Source of the DNA: the human T2T-CHM13v2.0 reference genome, Homo sapiens
Assembly: GCF_009914755.1 (NCBI RefSeq)
Contig: NC_060939.1
Direction: 5' to 3' (one strand)
Length of the DNA stretch: 64,000 nt
Shown here piece after piece: positions 16,303 through 30,372 of this stretch (within the stretch, counting starts at the first letter, position 1; each line of letters begins with the position of its first letter). The notes under the pieces are model-generated. The model was not told where the DNA came from. It saw only the letters and a list, made by a program, of their open reading frames with translations, and did no database searches. The position numbers were made by a program, and so were the translations under genes.

Positions 16303-16544
16303 CTTAATGGTCACTTTGTTGAATAAAGTGAGTTCTATTTTTTCAATGCAATTACTCAGCTTTTTACTTTACTTTTGGGTGAGCAACAGAAAATGTTTAC
16401 TTATACACAAGTGCATGAGAAAGCAATCTCCATTCAGCTTTAAAAAAATCCTGTTACAAATAAAAAAGATTTTAAAAATATATTCATCCTTGGCACCAAA
16501 AAAATTCTTTTTACTTTCACTCTCAGTATGAATTCTTTTTTTGA

Positions 16545-17481
16545 GGTTCATTTTCTTTAACTGTATTTCACAGTGGTAAAAACACTTCACATGAGAGCTG
16601 CCCTCTGAAGTTTTTAAGCTTACAATACAGTATTGCGGACTACAATTGCAATGCTGTTCAGCAGCTCTCCTGAGCTCCACTGAAACTCGATGCTTACTGA
16701 CGAGCAGCTCCCCCTTCCTCCTCCCTCCAGCCCCTGGCAATACAAGCCCACTCTTTGATTCTATGAATTTGACTATCTTAGATGCCTTATGTAAGTGGAA
16801 TCCTGCAGTATTTTTCCTTCTGCAACTAGCTTATTTCATTTAGCATAAAGTAACGGATTAAGTTTTAAAATATATATGAAGCTCCTACAACTCAATAGCA
16901 AAAAAACTAACAACCCAGTTAAAAATGGGCTAAAGACTTGAGAAGACGTTTCTCTAAAGAAGACATACAAATGGCCAGCAGGCACGTGAAAAGATGCCCA
17001 ACGTCACTAATCATCAGAGAAACACAAATCAAAACCCTGATGAGATACCACCTTACACCTCTCATGATGTTTACTATGAAAATACAAAACATGACAAATG
17101 TCTGTGAGAATGCAGAGAAATTAAAACCCCTGCATGGCGTTGGTAAGAATGCAAAATGGTATAGATGCTATGAAAAAAACAGTATGGAGGTTCCTCAAAA
17201 AATTAAAAATAAAACTACTGCATGATCCAACAATTCTATTTCAAAATATTTACGCAAAAAAATTGAAACCAGAATCTCCAAGAGACATCACTCCCACGTT
17301 CAGTTACAGCATTATTCACAATAGCCAAGATATGAACCCAACCTAAACAGCCACTGATAGATGGATCAATAAAATGTAGTCTATACATACAATGAAATAT
17401 TATTCAGTCTTAAAAAAAGAAATTCTGCGATATGCAACAACATGGGTGAACCTTAAGGACTTTATGTTAGGTGAAATCAGC
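16545..17481 (-). mobile_element. old L1 (L1MA10/L1MB-like) 3' end with an inverted 5' segment
   Basis: 16545-16848 is an antisense L1 3' UTR; about 16849-17481 is sense ORF2-end/3' UTR sequence (ORFs 16938..17225 and 17134..17346 are L1 ORF2 C-terminal remnants). Confidence 0.85.
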
Positions 17482-20400
17482 TTTTTATTTTCTTCTACCT
17501 GGTAGCTTTTTCTTTCTCTATTTCATGTTAACTGTTAAAGGAACTGACTGGTTTTTCAAGTATGCTTAGCAAAGGACATTAAAAGTCAACTATCTTAAAT
17601 TTGACTTAGGGTTTGATTTTCTTTCTTTAAATAAAACTGGTGAGAGAGTTTTTAAATGAGCAGGTCTTCTGAAAGTTTTGATGGATTTCAATGAACTCCG
17701 CCAAATGTACAGAGGTTATAGAAATAAAATGTCTCATGAAAAAAGTGGCTCCAGCTGCCACCTCATGGTGTAACCATTGCATGTGGACCAGGTCAAATTG
17801 CTATCTCCAGCCTTGGCAGGCATGGTCTTAATCAGCATTAACAATGTCTCTTCATAAGGGTCACAACTCACAGACCCTGGAGTCCTAGTCTGAGTCACAG
17901 ACTAGAGTCTCTACTTGGAACATGATCTTGCACTTGGAAGCAACGAGGCAAATGCAAGGCCTTCATTGTATCAACGATGTGAAACATTCAGGAATGTAAG
18001 CCTAAGAGAAAGGAACGTTTTGCCTCTTTAAGAACATGCATAGTTTCAGGAAGCCACAGGGTCTGGAACCATGAGCTGCGTTCTGGGGAAAATCATCTGG
18101 GAACTTACACAGAGGTTGCACTTGCCTGGGTCACTGCCCCTCAAATACCCCACTCAGAAAACCCGTTTCTCCTGGAATGGCCCCCAAGTAGAGGGTCTCA
18201 TCAGCTGCAGTGTCAAACATTACAAAATTTGCACATTCACCAAATGGATACAGCATTATCTTACTTTGAGAAATATTCAAGTCCCTTAAGAAAACAACTC
18301 TCCCTGTAGGCATTCTCTAAAACCTCTTTCCCTACCTTGGCCAGGATCAGAGGCATCTCCCACCTCAGGTAATGAGAACTTTTCAAACCTGGGGCACAAG
18401 TCGATGGAGGATCAACACATGAATTAAGTATTCTAACTGTGCACTTGGACAAGCTGCTCCCATTCTCCCTGGCTGGGATCTCCTGGGCAGCTACCAGAAG
18501 GGTTTTTCAAACATGGATGTTGCTTGGAAAACCACAATGGGAGGAGACTCAAGCCCTGGGAGGATGGTCTCCTCATTTATGGAAGAAAATTTCATGAGCT
18601 TTCTCAGTAGACAACTTGGTTATCAAATGAAAGGGGCTCCTTCTTCCCACAGGGCCTCTTCTCCTGGCCAGAGAACCTGGTGATTGAGGAGACACACAGG
18701 ATGGTTACAAAAGCGCTTGGAAAAGATGGCTGTGCTGTTGGCAACTCCATATTCCTCACAGGGATGTGGCCAACCGAAGCACACCACGTCCAGTGAGCGT
18801 TTCACTCTGCCGGCCGAGAGGACTTCCCCAAGGAATGTTCCAGTCAGCAAAATCAGCCGAGTGGGATTCTTGGGTTTCTGGAGTTTGTCTCTAATATAGA
18901 TCACGCTTGATCTCCTTTAAAATGTTTACATGCCAAGCGGCTCATCACTTTACAGTTTGATTAACCAGCATTAGACCGGGAGGAGCCTTGATACTTGAGG
19001 CTGACATCAACTACTGTCTAGGCTATTTTTAGTTTAAATTAAAGATTACTTTGACTGAGAAACTCATATTATTTTAAGTTTATGTCCCAGGGCATTTATT
19101 ATTTCTGGCAACATTATATTTAACGAAAACGTGTGGCATTAAGTATGCCCAGTAATTTTAACTTTCAGTGACTGTGGGGCTGAGGGCACAGATGGGCCTT
19201 GTGTCTCACGTGGCCCAGCTTTATCAGACACAGTCATAACTTCATGGCCTTGACTTGATTTTATCTTAAAATAACATGCTGCTCTGTATTTGTTTTGGGA
19301 GACACAAAGCACACCGTGCGGCGAGTTCTGAGAGGATTCCCACAGCACTCGACCCCTCCTGGCTTCCGAATCTCGCAGGACATGAGTAGGTGTTCTAGAC
19401 GGAACCTCTGCCACTCTGGAAGCTTCAGCTTTACCTGGCTCTGACCGTACCTGTCTCTCAGAAGCTTTGGGATTTTGATGTCAGGTGTAGGCGTCAGGTC
19501 CGGCCTCACCTCAAAGTAGTCTTGGCTGAGTCTGTGGAATGAATCCCCGGAGTGGGATGAAGAGCTTGGGCTCCCGTGAACACAGCCTCTCCATGGAAGG
19601 CTGACTCCAGCCCTACTTTCATAGCCCTGTGGGGATACTGCCTGGCAATTCCTATTCAATAGATGCTTATTGACTTTGCAGTAACTGGAATGGCCCATGG
19701 CAGTTTCTAAGAAATAGTGGGCAGATGTGTATTTGTTATTGCTAATCAACATAACAATAATTAACAGGCCAGCTCTGCACCAGAGGGGAAATTCTCCAGT
19801 CAGTACTTCTTGCCAAGGACCAGATTGTGCCCCCAGTCTTGAGCTACTCAGAAATGCTACCTACAAGATTAAATGCCACTAGGGGATAACAGGCTGCACT
19901 CATTTACAGGTAGAAGAACAGGGTCAATTTCCATGATCATCAATAACCCCCTTTACGGAGAACAAAACAAATAGGCAGCAATAGCATCAAAAGCCTCTCA
20001 CTGCGGAGAAGGTATTTGTTTGTGTTTTGTACAGAAAAATGAGCCCACCAGCTTTCAGGGATTCAGCAATAAGGCGAACCCCAGAGTAGACTGGGGGTCG
20101 CCATAGATTTAGCTGTACTTCAAATGCACATAGTACCATGTCAGTAAGAATCATCCTAAAACAGTACAAACTTCGGAATCACCAATGGATAAATAATGAC
20201 CAATATAGTGTTGGTGTTCAGTGTATTTTTCTAGAATAGACAACATCATAGCAGGTAAATATGGATAACACTCATACAATACACACAGCCTCTCTAAGCT
20301 AACCAGAGGACTGAAGTGACAAGCAAGTACTCAATTCTTGAATCTATATACATGGGATTTTGATGTAAGGTGCATGAGTCAGGTACAGCCTTCAGTCAAA

Positions 20401-20580
20401 GTAGCCTTGCCTGGGTTTGTGTAGACATATATACGTACATGTAAGTGTAGGTATATACCTGTCCTATATACCTATATATAACTATATAGTTATATATATG
20501 TTATATATATAACTATCTATATGTGTATATATGTGTATATATAACTATATAGTTATATATACACATATAGTTATATATAT

Positions 20581-20971
20581 GCACATATACACATTATATG
20601 TGTATATATATGCACATATACACATTATATGTGTATATATATGCACATATACACATTATATGTGTATATATATGCACATATACACATTATATGTGTATAT
20701 ATATGCACATATACACATTATATGTGTATATATATGCACATATACACATTATATGTGTATATATATGCACATATACACATTATATGTGTATATATATGCA
20801 CATATACACATTATATGTGTATATATATGCACATATACACATTATATGTGTATATATATGCACATATACACATTATATGTGTATATATATGCACATATAC
20901 ACATTATATGTGTATATATATGCACATATACACATTATATGTGTATATATATGCACATATACACATTATAT
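20581..20971. repeat. 31-bp AT-rich minisatellite, 12 identical units plus a partial unit
   Basis: Unit gcacatatacacattatatgtgtatatatat with an exact 31-bp period from 20581 to 20952; embedded in a (TA)-rich region spanning about 20430-21390. Confidence 0.97.
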
Positions 20972-21693
20972 ATAGGCACATATACACATATATATACATA
21001 TGCACATATACACAGTATATATGCACACATACACATTATATATATGTGTATAACTATATATAGTTATATATCTGTGTATATATATAACTATATGTATATA
21101 TATGTGTATATAGAACTATATATGTATATGTGTATATATATAACTATATATGTATATATTTGTGTATATATATAACTATATATGTATATATATGTGTATA
21201 TATAACTATATATGTATATATGTGTATATATAACTATATATGTATATATATGTGTATATATAACTATATATGTATATATATGTGTATACATATAACTATA
21301 TAGTTCTATATAGTTCTCTATAGGTATATAGGACAGGTATATACCTACACTTACACGTACGTACATATATACACACATACATCTCCATACATTTACAAGA
21401 TTCACATCAAGTAGGCTTTTAACTTTTACCAAAAATTCAACTTATTGAGACAGATAAAGAGAGACAGAGAGAATGAAGCACGGGAGATTCTGTCCCCTAT
21501 TCCAGTCAGCAAGCGTGTGTTTGCTTGTGCACACTGACACCCTGAGAGTGTGTGAGATAAAGCCATGTATCCACCCTTCTCTTGGGGTTTCTTGCTGCAA
21601 GCACCACCCCATGCTGAGGGTGACTCTGGTGCTTCATGATCCACATTTTTTTTTATACAACATGGGCAGGAGGTGTGGAGTCTTAATATTTGA

Positions 21694-21894
<201 letters not shown>

Positions 21895-22554
21895 TAAGAA
21901 ATGGCTGCTGTTTCCAACAGTGGCAGGAAATCTGGGTATGAAGGATGTAGACAGACACAGTTGAATATGGTAGCTCCTAGGAAGTTTTCAAAGATCATTT
22001 GGACCATTCTATTTTCACCTTTCACCCTTACTTTAGACTCTCGCTCTGTCAAGGTGCAGTGCACTGGGCCACTACCACTTTGTCTGAGCATTTCACTTAT
22101 TTTACCAGTGTGTCTTCACAGCCTCCAGATGTAACAGGGATAGAAGCGGCCATCATCTCCCCTATTCTTGCTGAGCACCTTTGAAGGCTGTAAGAGTAGA
22201 GTGATTTGCTCAAGTCATGCAGAAGAGCAGAATCTGCACTCCTAGCTGGCCTTCTTTCTCTGAAACCATCTTTCCCAGACAAGTTAACAGTATCAGGCAC
22301 CAGGCGCTAGCTGCTTAGTCTCCCGTATTCAGCACACCCTCCTCCACCCCTGCACTCCAGGGACACGTGCATACACAGTGGCCAGCTCAAAGTCCCAGCC
22401 AGCCTCCAATGTCCTGATGGCTTTGATGAGAAGGTGTCAGCAGCCAGGGAGGATGATACAAAGTACTCCTTCCCATCTAGAAGCATCCCTGGCTTTGCAG
22501 TCAGACCAACCTAGAAGAAAATGTCAGCTCTGCCTCTTGAGAAAGAAACATACC

Positions 22555-22700
22555 TCTGAGCCTTAGTTTCCTCATCTATGACTAAACAGGGATAATAATA
22601 CTGAATGTCATTCATTCATTCAACAAGTATTTGTTGAACGCCTTCTGCATGCCAGATCCTGTTCTAGGCACTGAGAATACAGAGTTTACATTCTCTAAGG
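22555..22700. mobile_element. MIR and L2 fragments
   Basis: ctctgagccttagtttcctcatct followed by cattcattcattcaacaagtatttgttgaacgcc (L2 3' end). Confidence 0.65.
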
Positions 22701-24109
22701 GAATAGGGGTCAGGGTCACATGCGAAAACAGCCACCAAAGTGCCTGGCAGTAGTAGGCACAGTGGAGAAGAATGGCCTTGCTTCTGCTAAGCACACACAT
22801 TCGCTTGAGCAAAGCAAGTTGCAGCCCCTCGAGCTGAAAACTCAGGTGCTCTCAGAGAGCTGTGGCCTAAGGAGGGAAGTCATACTATAAGGCAGGTGGA
22901 CTGGCGGGGAAAGGAAAAGTTCCCACCCCACTTCAACGCCTTTATTCCCGTTCTTTCTCTGCAATGAGCTAAGAGAACAACACGTCTGTTCTAGCAGATG
23001 TGGTTTAGGGACTGTGGTAAGACTCCTGGAGTAAAGCTTAAGTCTTAGAGGCCCACTGTTCTTGGTAAGTGGCTACCCCCATCCAGGACTGCAGATGCCC
23101 TCAGGACACCTCTGAAGGACAATCACTAATGACCACTCATCTATACCATGTGTTGCTCTCCATAGGAAGGGGATGAAGATGGTGGCCTAGGGCACAGCCT
23201 CCCATTCTTTTTGGCTCCCAACAGTAGATCTAGGTTTGAATGCGGCAGGTCACACTCCTCCTTGCTTCAGAGTGTATGCAGTAGCCTGGACTTGGTAAAA
23301 GCTCAAGGGACATTGGACTATAGGGCTGAAGCTCCTGCCATCTCTGTGAAATGCTGTTTTCTGGTCCTAATAGATTCCATGGGCTCACCAGCTCCTGCCA
23401 CTCTGATCTTGCTCCCACTTGACAAAGACAGTCCTTAGGGAGTGAGCTGGTCTCACCTTTCTCCACTCCATCAGCTCTCAGAGCACAGCTGGACACAGGA
23501 CTGGGATCAATCAATGGCTTGACATGAAAGCAGCATATGAGCACCTAGGTCTATGTAATGCACCATCAGCACATAGGACAGAGGATACCCACAGCGTGCC
23601 TCCCCCCAATGCCTCCTGGGCATGCCATGGCTTCATGATAGGATGGTCCCAATATGAACACGCAATGACACAGGCTCCCAAATGAGTGGCACCTGCTTGG
23701 GAGGCTCCCATTCTCCTTCCCACAATGTCCTCACTGCTTAGAGCATCCAAAAATGCATCTAGAGCCAATGCAGGCAAACGGCCTTATGACTTGAATAGAC
23801 TCTGAGTTAAAGATTTGAAATATTTCACAGAAAAGAAACCCATGAAGTTATGTTAGTTTCTGACCTGAGAAACCATTCTACTGTGAGGGGCTGTGCTAAA
23901 GCTGATTCCAGTTAGAAATTGTGAAGATGTTTAGAATGATGCCATAATGATGGAATAAGAATATAGCCTCCCCAGGTGATATGAGGGAACAAAGCCAGTT
24001 CAGGTGAAAAGGCTGTAGGATGTTAAGAAGAACCTCTGCCCCCCCTCAGGACAAATAGAGGGAGTAGAAGCAATGAACCAATTCTTTTTCCTTTCTCTCT
24101 TTTTTGTTT

Positions 24110-24780
24110 TTTTTTCCAGAATGGCCTTGGGTATTTTGAGAATTTTATTCTTCCCTATGATTTTAGCTTGTCAAATTCTATAAAAAGTCATTCTAATTTG
24201 AGATTGCACTGAATACACTGATTACTTTGGGGAGAAATCACATCATTAGAAGTTTGAGTCTTGCCATCTTAGGACATAGGGCACCTCTTCATTTTGCCAG
24301 GCTTTTTTTGAATGACCTTGGCAAATGTTTTTAGTTTGCATCATGACGGTCTTACATTTCCTATTAGCATCATTCTTGGGTATTTCATATCTTTGGTTGA
24401 AACCGTGAATAAGATCTGCTTTTTATTCTATTGTAATGATTGCTTGTACTTAGGAAAACTACAGATTGCTGCATGTTGGTCTTATGATACAATACCATGA
24501 TGAACATCTACTGCTTCCAATGGCTTTTCAGATGATTCTTTTACAATATACAGGCAATTCTCATTTTGCTTCATCCTTTTCTATATTCCTTATTTCTTGC
24601 CTTATGAAATTGAACAGGACTTCTAAAATAATATTAAATATCAGTTACAACATGGGCACCTTTGCCCTGTTCCCATATCGACTGGAAATGCTACTAATGT
24701 TTGCACACTGAATACATTTGCTCCAGATTACTCATAGGTAGGTAACCCTGATGAGGTTAAGGAAGGTTTCTTGTAAATAA
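24110..24780 (-). mobile_element. ancient L1ME-type fragment
   Basis: tttgagattgcactgaatacactgattactttggggagaaat... antisense ORF2-like sequence. Confidence 0.65.
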
Positions 24781-25182
24781 TCATTTGTAAAGCCTTCCTT
24801 GCTGCTACAGTGCAATAGTCCAAGGAGAAAGAGATCATGGTTAAAGACCTGACAATAATTATTATGGGGATGTTAAGCAAGGTTCCTAAACTCCTGGGCT
24901 TGTTTTCCTAGCTGAGAGATGAGGGGCATGAACCAGGTGGCTATTCAAAGGTTTCCAATCTAGAAGGGAATAACTTCATGATTCTTGATCTAGAAGGCTG
25001 GGCACAATTTAAGGCGTAGTTGTTCTTCATTCTTTCAAGAGTAGATTTTGCACCATCTTGCACCAGGCATTTTGCAGAGCACCAGGCCCATAGCAGTGAG
25101 TGACACACAGCCTCTGCAGGAAGCCCATGGCCTGGTGGGGATCACAGAGAAATCAGCAGGCTATTGGTATGTAGCCTAGGCC

Positions 25183-25355
25183 AGTGCTGTTCAATAAAAC
25201 TTTCTGCGATGACGGGAAAGTCTCTATGTGGGCTGCCTGATATTGTGGCCACTGGCCACGTGTGGCTACTAAGAGTTTGAAATGTGCTAGTGTGACCGAG
25301 GAACTAATTTTTAATTAAGAGAAATTTAAATAGGCACAAGTGACTAACTGCTAGC
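25183..25355. mobile_element. MER3-like hAT-Charlie DNA transposon
   Basis: gctgttcaataaaactttctgcgatgacggg...gccacgtgtggctactaagagtttgaaatgtgctagtgtgaccgaggaacta. Confidence 0.75.
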
Positions 25356-28300
25356 ACCCAGACCACACAAGCCTAAGTGAGAACCTGATTGGCTAACTTG
25401 AGGTGGGAGCCCTGGATATCACCTCATTGGATATCATCATAGCATATCTTTGCCCACAAATTACTCACAGATACTTGGAGAAATAACCCAATCTCATAAC
25501 ACAGCTGGAGAACAATTAGTGGCCAGGTGTAGACATCAGGAGCTGAAAGCGTGGGCATTCAGAAAAGGGAGCCCTTTGCCTGTTATCACGTACTGACTCT
25601 TCACGTGATCTTAATTTACACCCAGTTTACCCTCCCAGATGGTCGTGCGGATGCCGTCATCCGTGAAAACCCTCCCAATTCCAGGGCTGCTGTGGATTTC
25701 TTAGACTTGAAGAGTCAGAACCAAAAGCTCTTTGCATCCAAGTGAAGGAGAAACCACCGGGCTGCACTGTGTGCTGTGGACAGTGACAGGATGCTGGAGA
25801 GCAAATGTGACCTCAAGCAGGAAGGGGGACCCCCGAGGCACCTTCCTATGGATGGCATGCAGTGTAATTAAACCTGGGATCTTCTCAGTTTCTAATGAAT
25901 TTAGTCAAAGAATGTGCTTTCATCTGCTACAAAAGCGCGTATGGCGAAATTCAATGCGGCAGAGCAAGGGAGATAATTATGGGAAAAGGTCTTGTGAGGC
26001 TCTCCTTAGGTTTTTAGAGGACGATAATTTATGCAGAAAACCTAATTTTTACTTAGGAAGACAAATTTATGAAAGCACTGAGCTCTTTTGAAACTACCCA
26101 TGCACGTGATGAATGTCACAGGGCCCGAGCTGCTCTCCCTTCTGGGGCCTGCTCTGGCCCAGGACACAGAAATGCTCCTGGCAAAAAAACCCAGATGACC
26201 TGCCAGAAAGTGGCGAAGCCGTGTAAACCTCCCACTCTAAACACCGCAGGACGAACAAGGCGGGTACGTGTTGGCTTTCTGGGACTCCTGTTCCCCCTTC
26301 AAGTCTGCGGCGGGCCTTCCTCAGGCCCCACTGTATCTGTTAGAGGCAGGTGTGCAGACAGGGAGGGCTCCGAGGATGCAGCTCATGGCTCCATTCACCT
26401 CTCCTGGTCTGCCAAGGGTGCACTGCGAATGACGGGAGGAACCACCTCCTGGATTTTGGTTTCAGGGTGGCTCTATCAGAAGACCACGTGCACGGCTTAT
26501 TAAGCAAGAACACAGCAGAGCTGAAGAGTACAAAGTGCTTCTCTTTAGAGAAATGTACTCCCAAGGCTCTGCCAAGGAAAGACTGCTGGAGCAGAGCGCT
26601 GTCAGTTATCATGGAACTTTGTTGAAGGAAACAGGGCGATTTGGTGAGAATAAGAATATGCTTTCTGCTTCTGAGCCTAGAGAGTAATTCATCTAATGGT
26701 GCTGCAGACACAGGGCTGGGACAGGGCAGGAAATGGAAAGATGGCTAAAAGCTCCTGAAGATGAAAACCCCAGGCTAACAGTCAACCCTCCAGGTGTCGA
26801 GGAGGAACTTGCTGCTAACAGTGCGTAGCAAAAATCATGTGTACGTGGAGAGCAATTCCTCAGTTTTAGGGAAGTCTACAGCCACTCCAAGTCTTCAGTA
26901 TCTGTTTCTTGCGGAGTGCTACAAGGCAAGCACATCAGAAGGTCAAGGCAAATCTCCCCACTCAATGCATCCTCTGGGGTCTGCAACCCCAAGCTCTGCG
27001 GGTTGGGGGATGTGATTCTTTCCCTTCCCATCCCCAGCCCCGCAACAATGTCCTGCACCCAGGCTGTCTGCTCCTACCCTCCCGTTGATGTCCCTGATTC
27101 AGAGGACCCTCCCCTTGCCCCCCAGGTGCTTTGTATTTTAACATCATCTGCCTTAGCACATTCCCCGGAGGGGCGACTATAATGGCAGATGTGTTGGGCA
27201 TCGTGGTGGCCAGCGCGGTGGTGGTGGGGGCAGGCACGGTAAAACTGACGGTGTATCACCACTGTGGGCTGTGTTCATCATATTCCCTTAGAGGTGGGGA
27301 TTCATACACTCCTGGTCTGTGAAGGTTGCTACTCATTCAGGTCAGAGCCTCGGGAAGCCCAAGGCATTCAGAGAACCTGAACAGATACCCTAAATTTCTT
27401 CCATTCATGCTCTTATCCATCCACCAGCACAGCTTCCACTGCCCAACACATGCCAGGTATGACGCTAAGCACTTGTGTGTGCACATGGAACATGCCCCTG
27501 AGGTACAGGCAAAGGTGGAGCCACCCCTCAACACAGATGCTAAATGGGATGCTGAGAGTGGGAACAATATTGACAGAGCAGAGAAAGGAAAATACTCTAC
27601 AAGGGGCACTCATGCCCACCAAGTGGGGAGTACCTGGGAAAGAGAACTGTTTTCAATGTGAAAATCACTACTCATTACATATATCATCTCATGAATTATT
27701 ATTATTCCACTTCACAGATGAGGGAACTGAGGCCAGGAGAAGTTGGGAAGCTTGCCTGAGGTAACTGGCCAAGCACAGCTTGAGCCCGGGCAGCCCATGC
27801 ATTGAACCTCCATACACGGTGCAGTCACTGAGGATGCAATTGCCCCCACACTCAATCGAGAGCAAAGAACCGGCACCTGCTAAGCTGTGCGGAAGTGGCC
27901 ACGTGGAGGCTGGGAGCCCTCAGGTACTGTGAACTGCATGCTCGAAACCAGCAGGAAAATCCCTCTTGGGGTTAGAGGTGGAAAGCCGGGGGCATCTGGT
28001 CACGGGGCACTGGGACTCGCCTGCAACACAGCGTGGATGTGGCTTTGGGGAGAACAGGTGTTGAGAAGCAGCTAAAATCTTGGACCAGCTTGAAGCAATG
28101 ACACCTCTGTTCTCCGGGGCCACTCCCGGGGGCACTCAGTGTTCCAGGGCATTCAGGAGGCGGGGTTCAGGGTTGGTTCCCTTCTTCCCGGACACCTCCT
28201 AGTCTCTTATCATAAGTACAGGTCCGAGACATTACCTGTGCCTACCCTCTGACTTTCCCACATACACCCGAGGCTAGAAGAGGAAGCGTGATGTGACTGG

Positions 28301-30372
28301 CACCATGAGATGTTACGTGGGCACCAAGTCCACATGGGCTTGGGAACGATGGCGGGGGGCATGGGGTGGGGGTAGAGAACTTTGAATTCTTTGTGACATT
28401 CATCCGTCCTCCCCTTTTAGTTACCTTAAACTTTTGTACATTAAAAACATATTGCCAGGAGACTGCTGCAGAATGGTAACTCCTTTCACAGTTGAGATAC
28501 AGGCCTTAAAGAGCTGCAGGGTTTGAGACTTAAAGGGACCTTGTAGCTCCCTCATCTGAACCTATGTGGAAACTGAAGTCCAGAGAGAAGCAACCTGCCC
28601 ACGGCCTCACAGCCAGCCGCGGAAAGTCCCTCAGCACGCAGGGACTCCTAAATGCTGGGCTGAAATCAGCCTTCTGGCCTACCTCAAAGTTTCTACCTTT
28701 GCATAATCCAGCCACAGAAACTTGAAAAGATACATCAAATTGGGAACCATTGAAAGTCCCTTCGCGGATTTCAAGATGAAATTTGGTTTGTTCTGGTAAA
28801 CCTCACAGTCAGCTCTCAAAACAACATCTTTTAAAAGTGTTTATTCAGAGGAAATGCTCTAGGTCAATTGGTTTTCTATCAGCCTGTTTTTCTCCCACAA
28901 AGAAACAAAAGAACAGCAAGTACTTTTGTTTCCCTTTTAAACTGCTTATATCCCTGCACTAGACAAGATTTTTCCAATTCCACCTACACTTAGCAACTTG
29001 GATTCCTTGGAAGCTGAGATTGAATAAGCTTTCTACTGACAATTTTGACTGGCAGATTTCTCAGGGAGGGTTTACCTCAGCCAATAGCAGGAGAAGGCCT
29101 GGCTGGTGGCACCCGTTACTTTATTGAGTCACTAAAATAAGTACATGGTAGAAATTCAAAGGCTATCAAGGGTTGTGAGATGAAAATTGAGCCCATCCCC
29201 CACACCAGCTTCCTAGGTGCCTGCTGCCCCCCTTAGGGGCAGCCTCTGTCACTGGTTCTCCTAGGGGAAGCCATTTTAATGGGCAGTAGGAACCAGCCCC
29301 CAGCACTTCCTATACCCTTCAAAGGCCAGTTGGAGGAGGGGATTAGCCCACCTGCAGGAGGGGCTGCAGTTGAGAGAGCCTGCTGCCTCCAAAGTTCAAA
29401 GACCTCCCAGGGATGTCCGATGGGACAGATGCTCTGGGCAGCAGACAGTGCAAGGACAGACTGCTTCCTGCTCCTAATGGCCTTACCCCCTTCCTTCCTT
29501 CCTTCTTTAAGACCCAAATGCCATGAGGGGCTTTATGGCCTCATTATTTGGACGGCTGCCTTTCCACCCTGCCCAGGAGGCTGGGGTGGGAGCAGGGGCA
29601 GGAGTGCATCCTCCTCCATCCCACCTCGCAGGGCTATGAAATGCATGTCACAGGTTAGGGGGGCCTGAGGGAGCTGTCACTCAAGTGACACAAACCCTGA
29701 CCCCTGCACGCTCCCACAACATCCCTGTACCCCAGTGCCTTTGCTCATGCCTTTGCCCCCATCTGGATGCCACTGTCCTCTGGCGGGCCCAGCTTGCAGG
29801 TCCCATCCTTCCTGCAGCAGCCCCAGTCCTCGCCAGCAGACAGCATCCCTCCAGCTGAGCTCCTGAGCACCCCAGTGGCCTTTCAAGGTCTTTGGAGAAC
29901 CCCCAAAAGCAGGACTGGTCATGTTTCTCTACACCTCAATGGCCCAGAACCTCCCGGCAGCCTGGCTCAGTGCTCACCACATGGAAGGGGCTGGTAAATG
30001 TTCATAAATGAATGGAACCAACGGACCCAACAAAATAAAAACAGCTTCTCTGCTGCTAAGAACTTCTTTTAAAAGGTCTTAACCCCGTGGAACTATGGCC
30101 TCTCTGCCTGTGTTACTTAAGTGGCTGGGAGTGCCTGAGAGCACCCAGTCAGCACAGAATCCCCTTATCATCCCTCTCTGAAAAGCACATAAGAAATCAG
30201 AGGCAAGCAGACCCACTTCCCCCAGCAACAATGTAGACACTAATCCCTTCCAGGCTCTCAGACCATTCATGTTCTGCCTGAGGTAACTTAACACTAGGGA
30301 GACAGGACAGAATTTCAGAGGCAAAGTCTAGAACCTTAATACCAGGAAGGATCCAGCTCAATTTCCGCAAAG

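Noticed and set aside
20581-20971. 31-bp repeats as a CRISPR-like array
   Set aside because: Units are head-to-tail with no spacers, there are no cas genes, and the DNA is a human intron.
20531-21432. Longest ORFs in the track (214, 144, 125, 114 aa; Y/I/H/C-rich)
   Set aside because: Translation of the 31-bp minisatellite and TA-rich repeat; no coding features.
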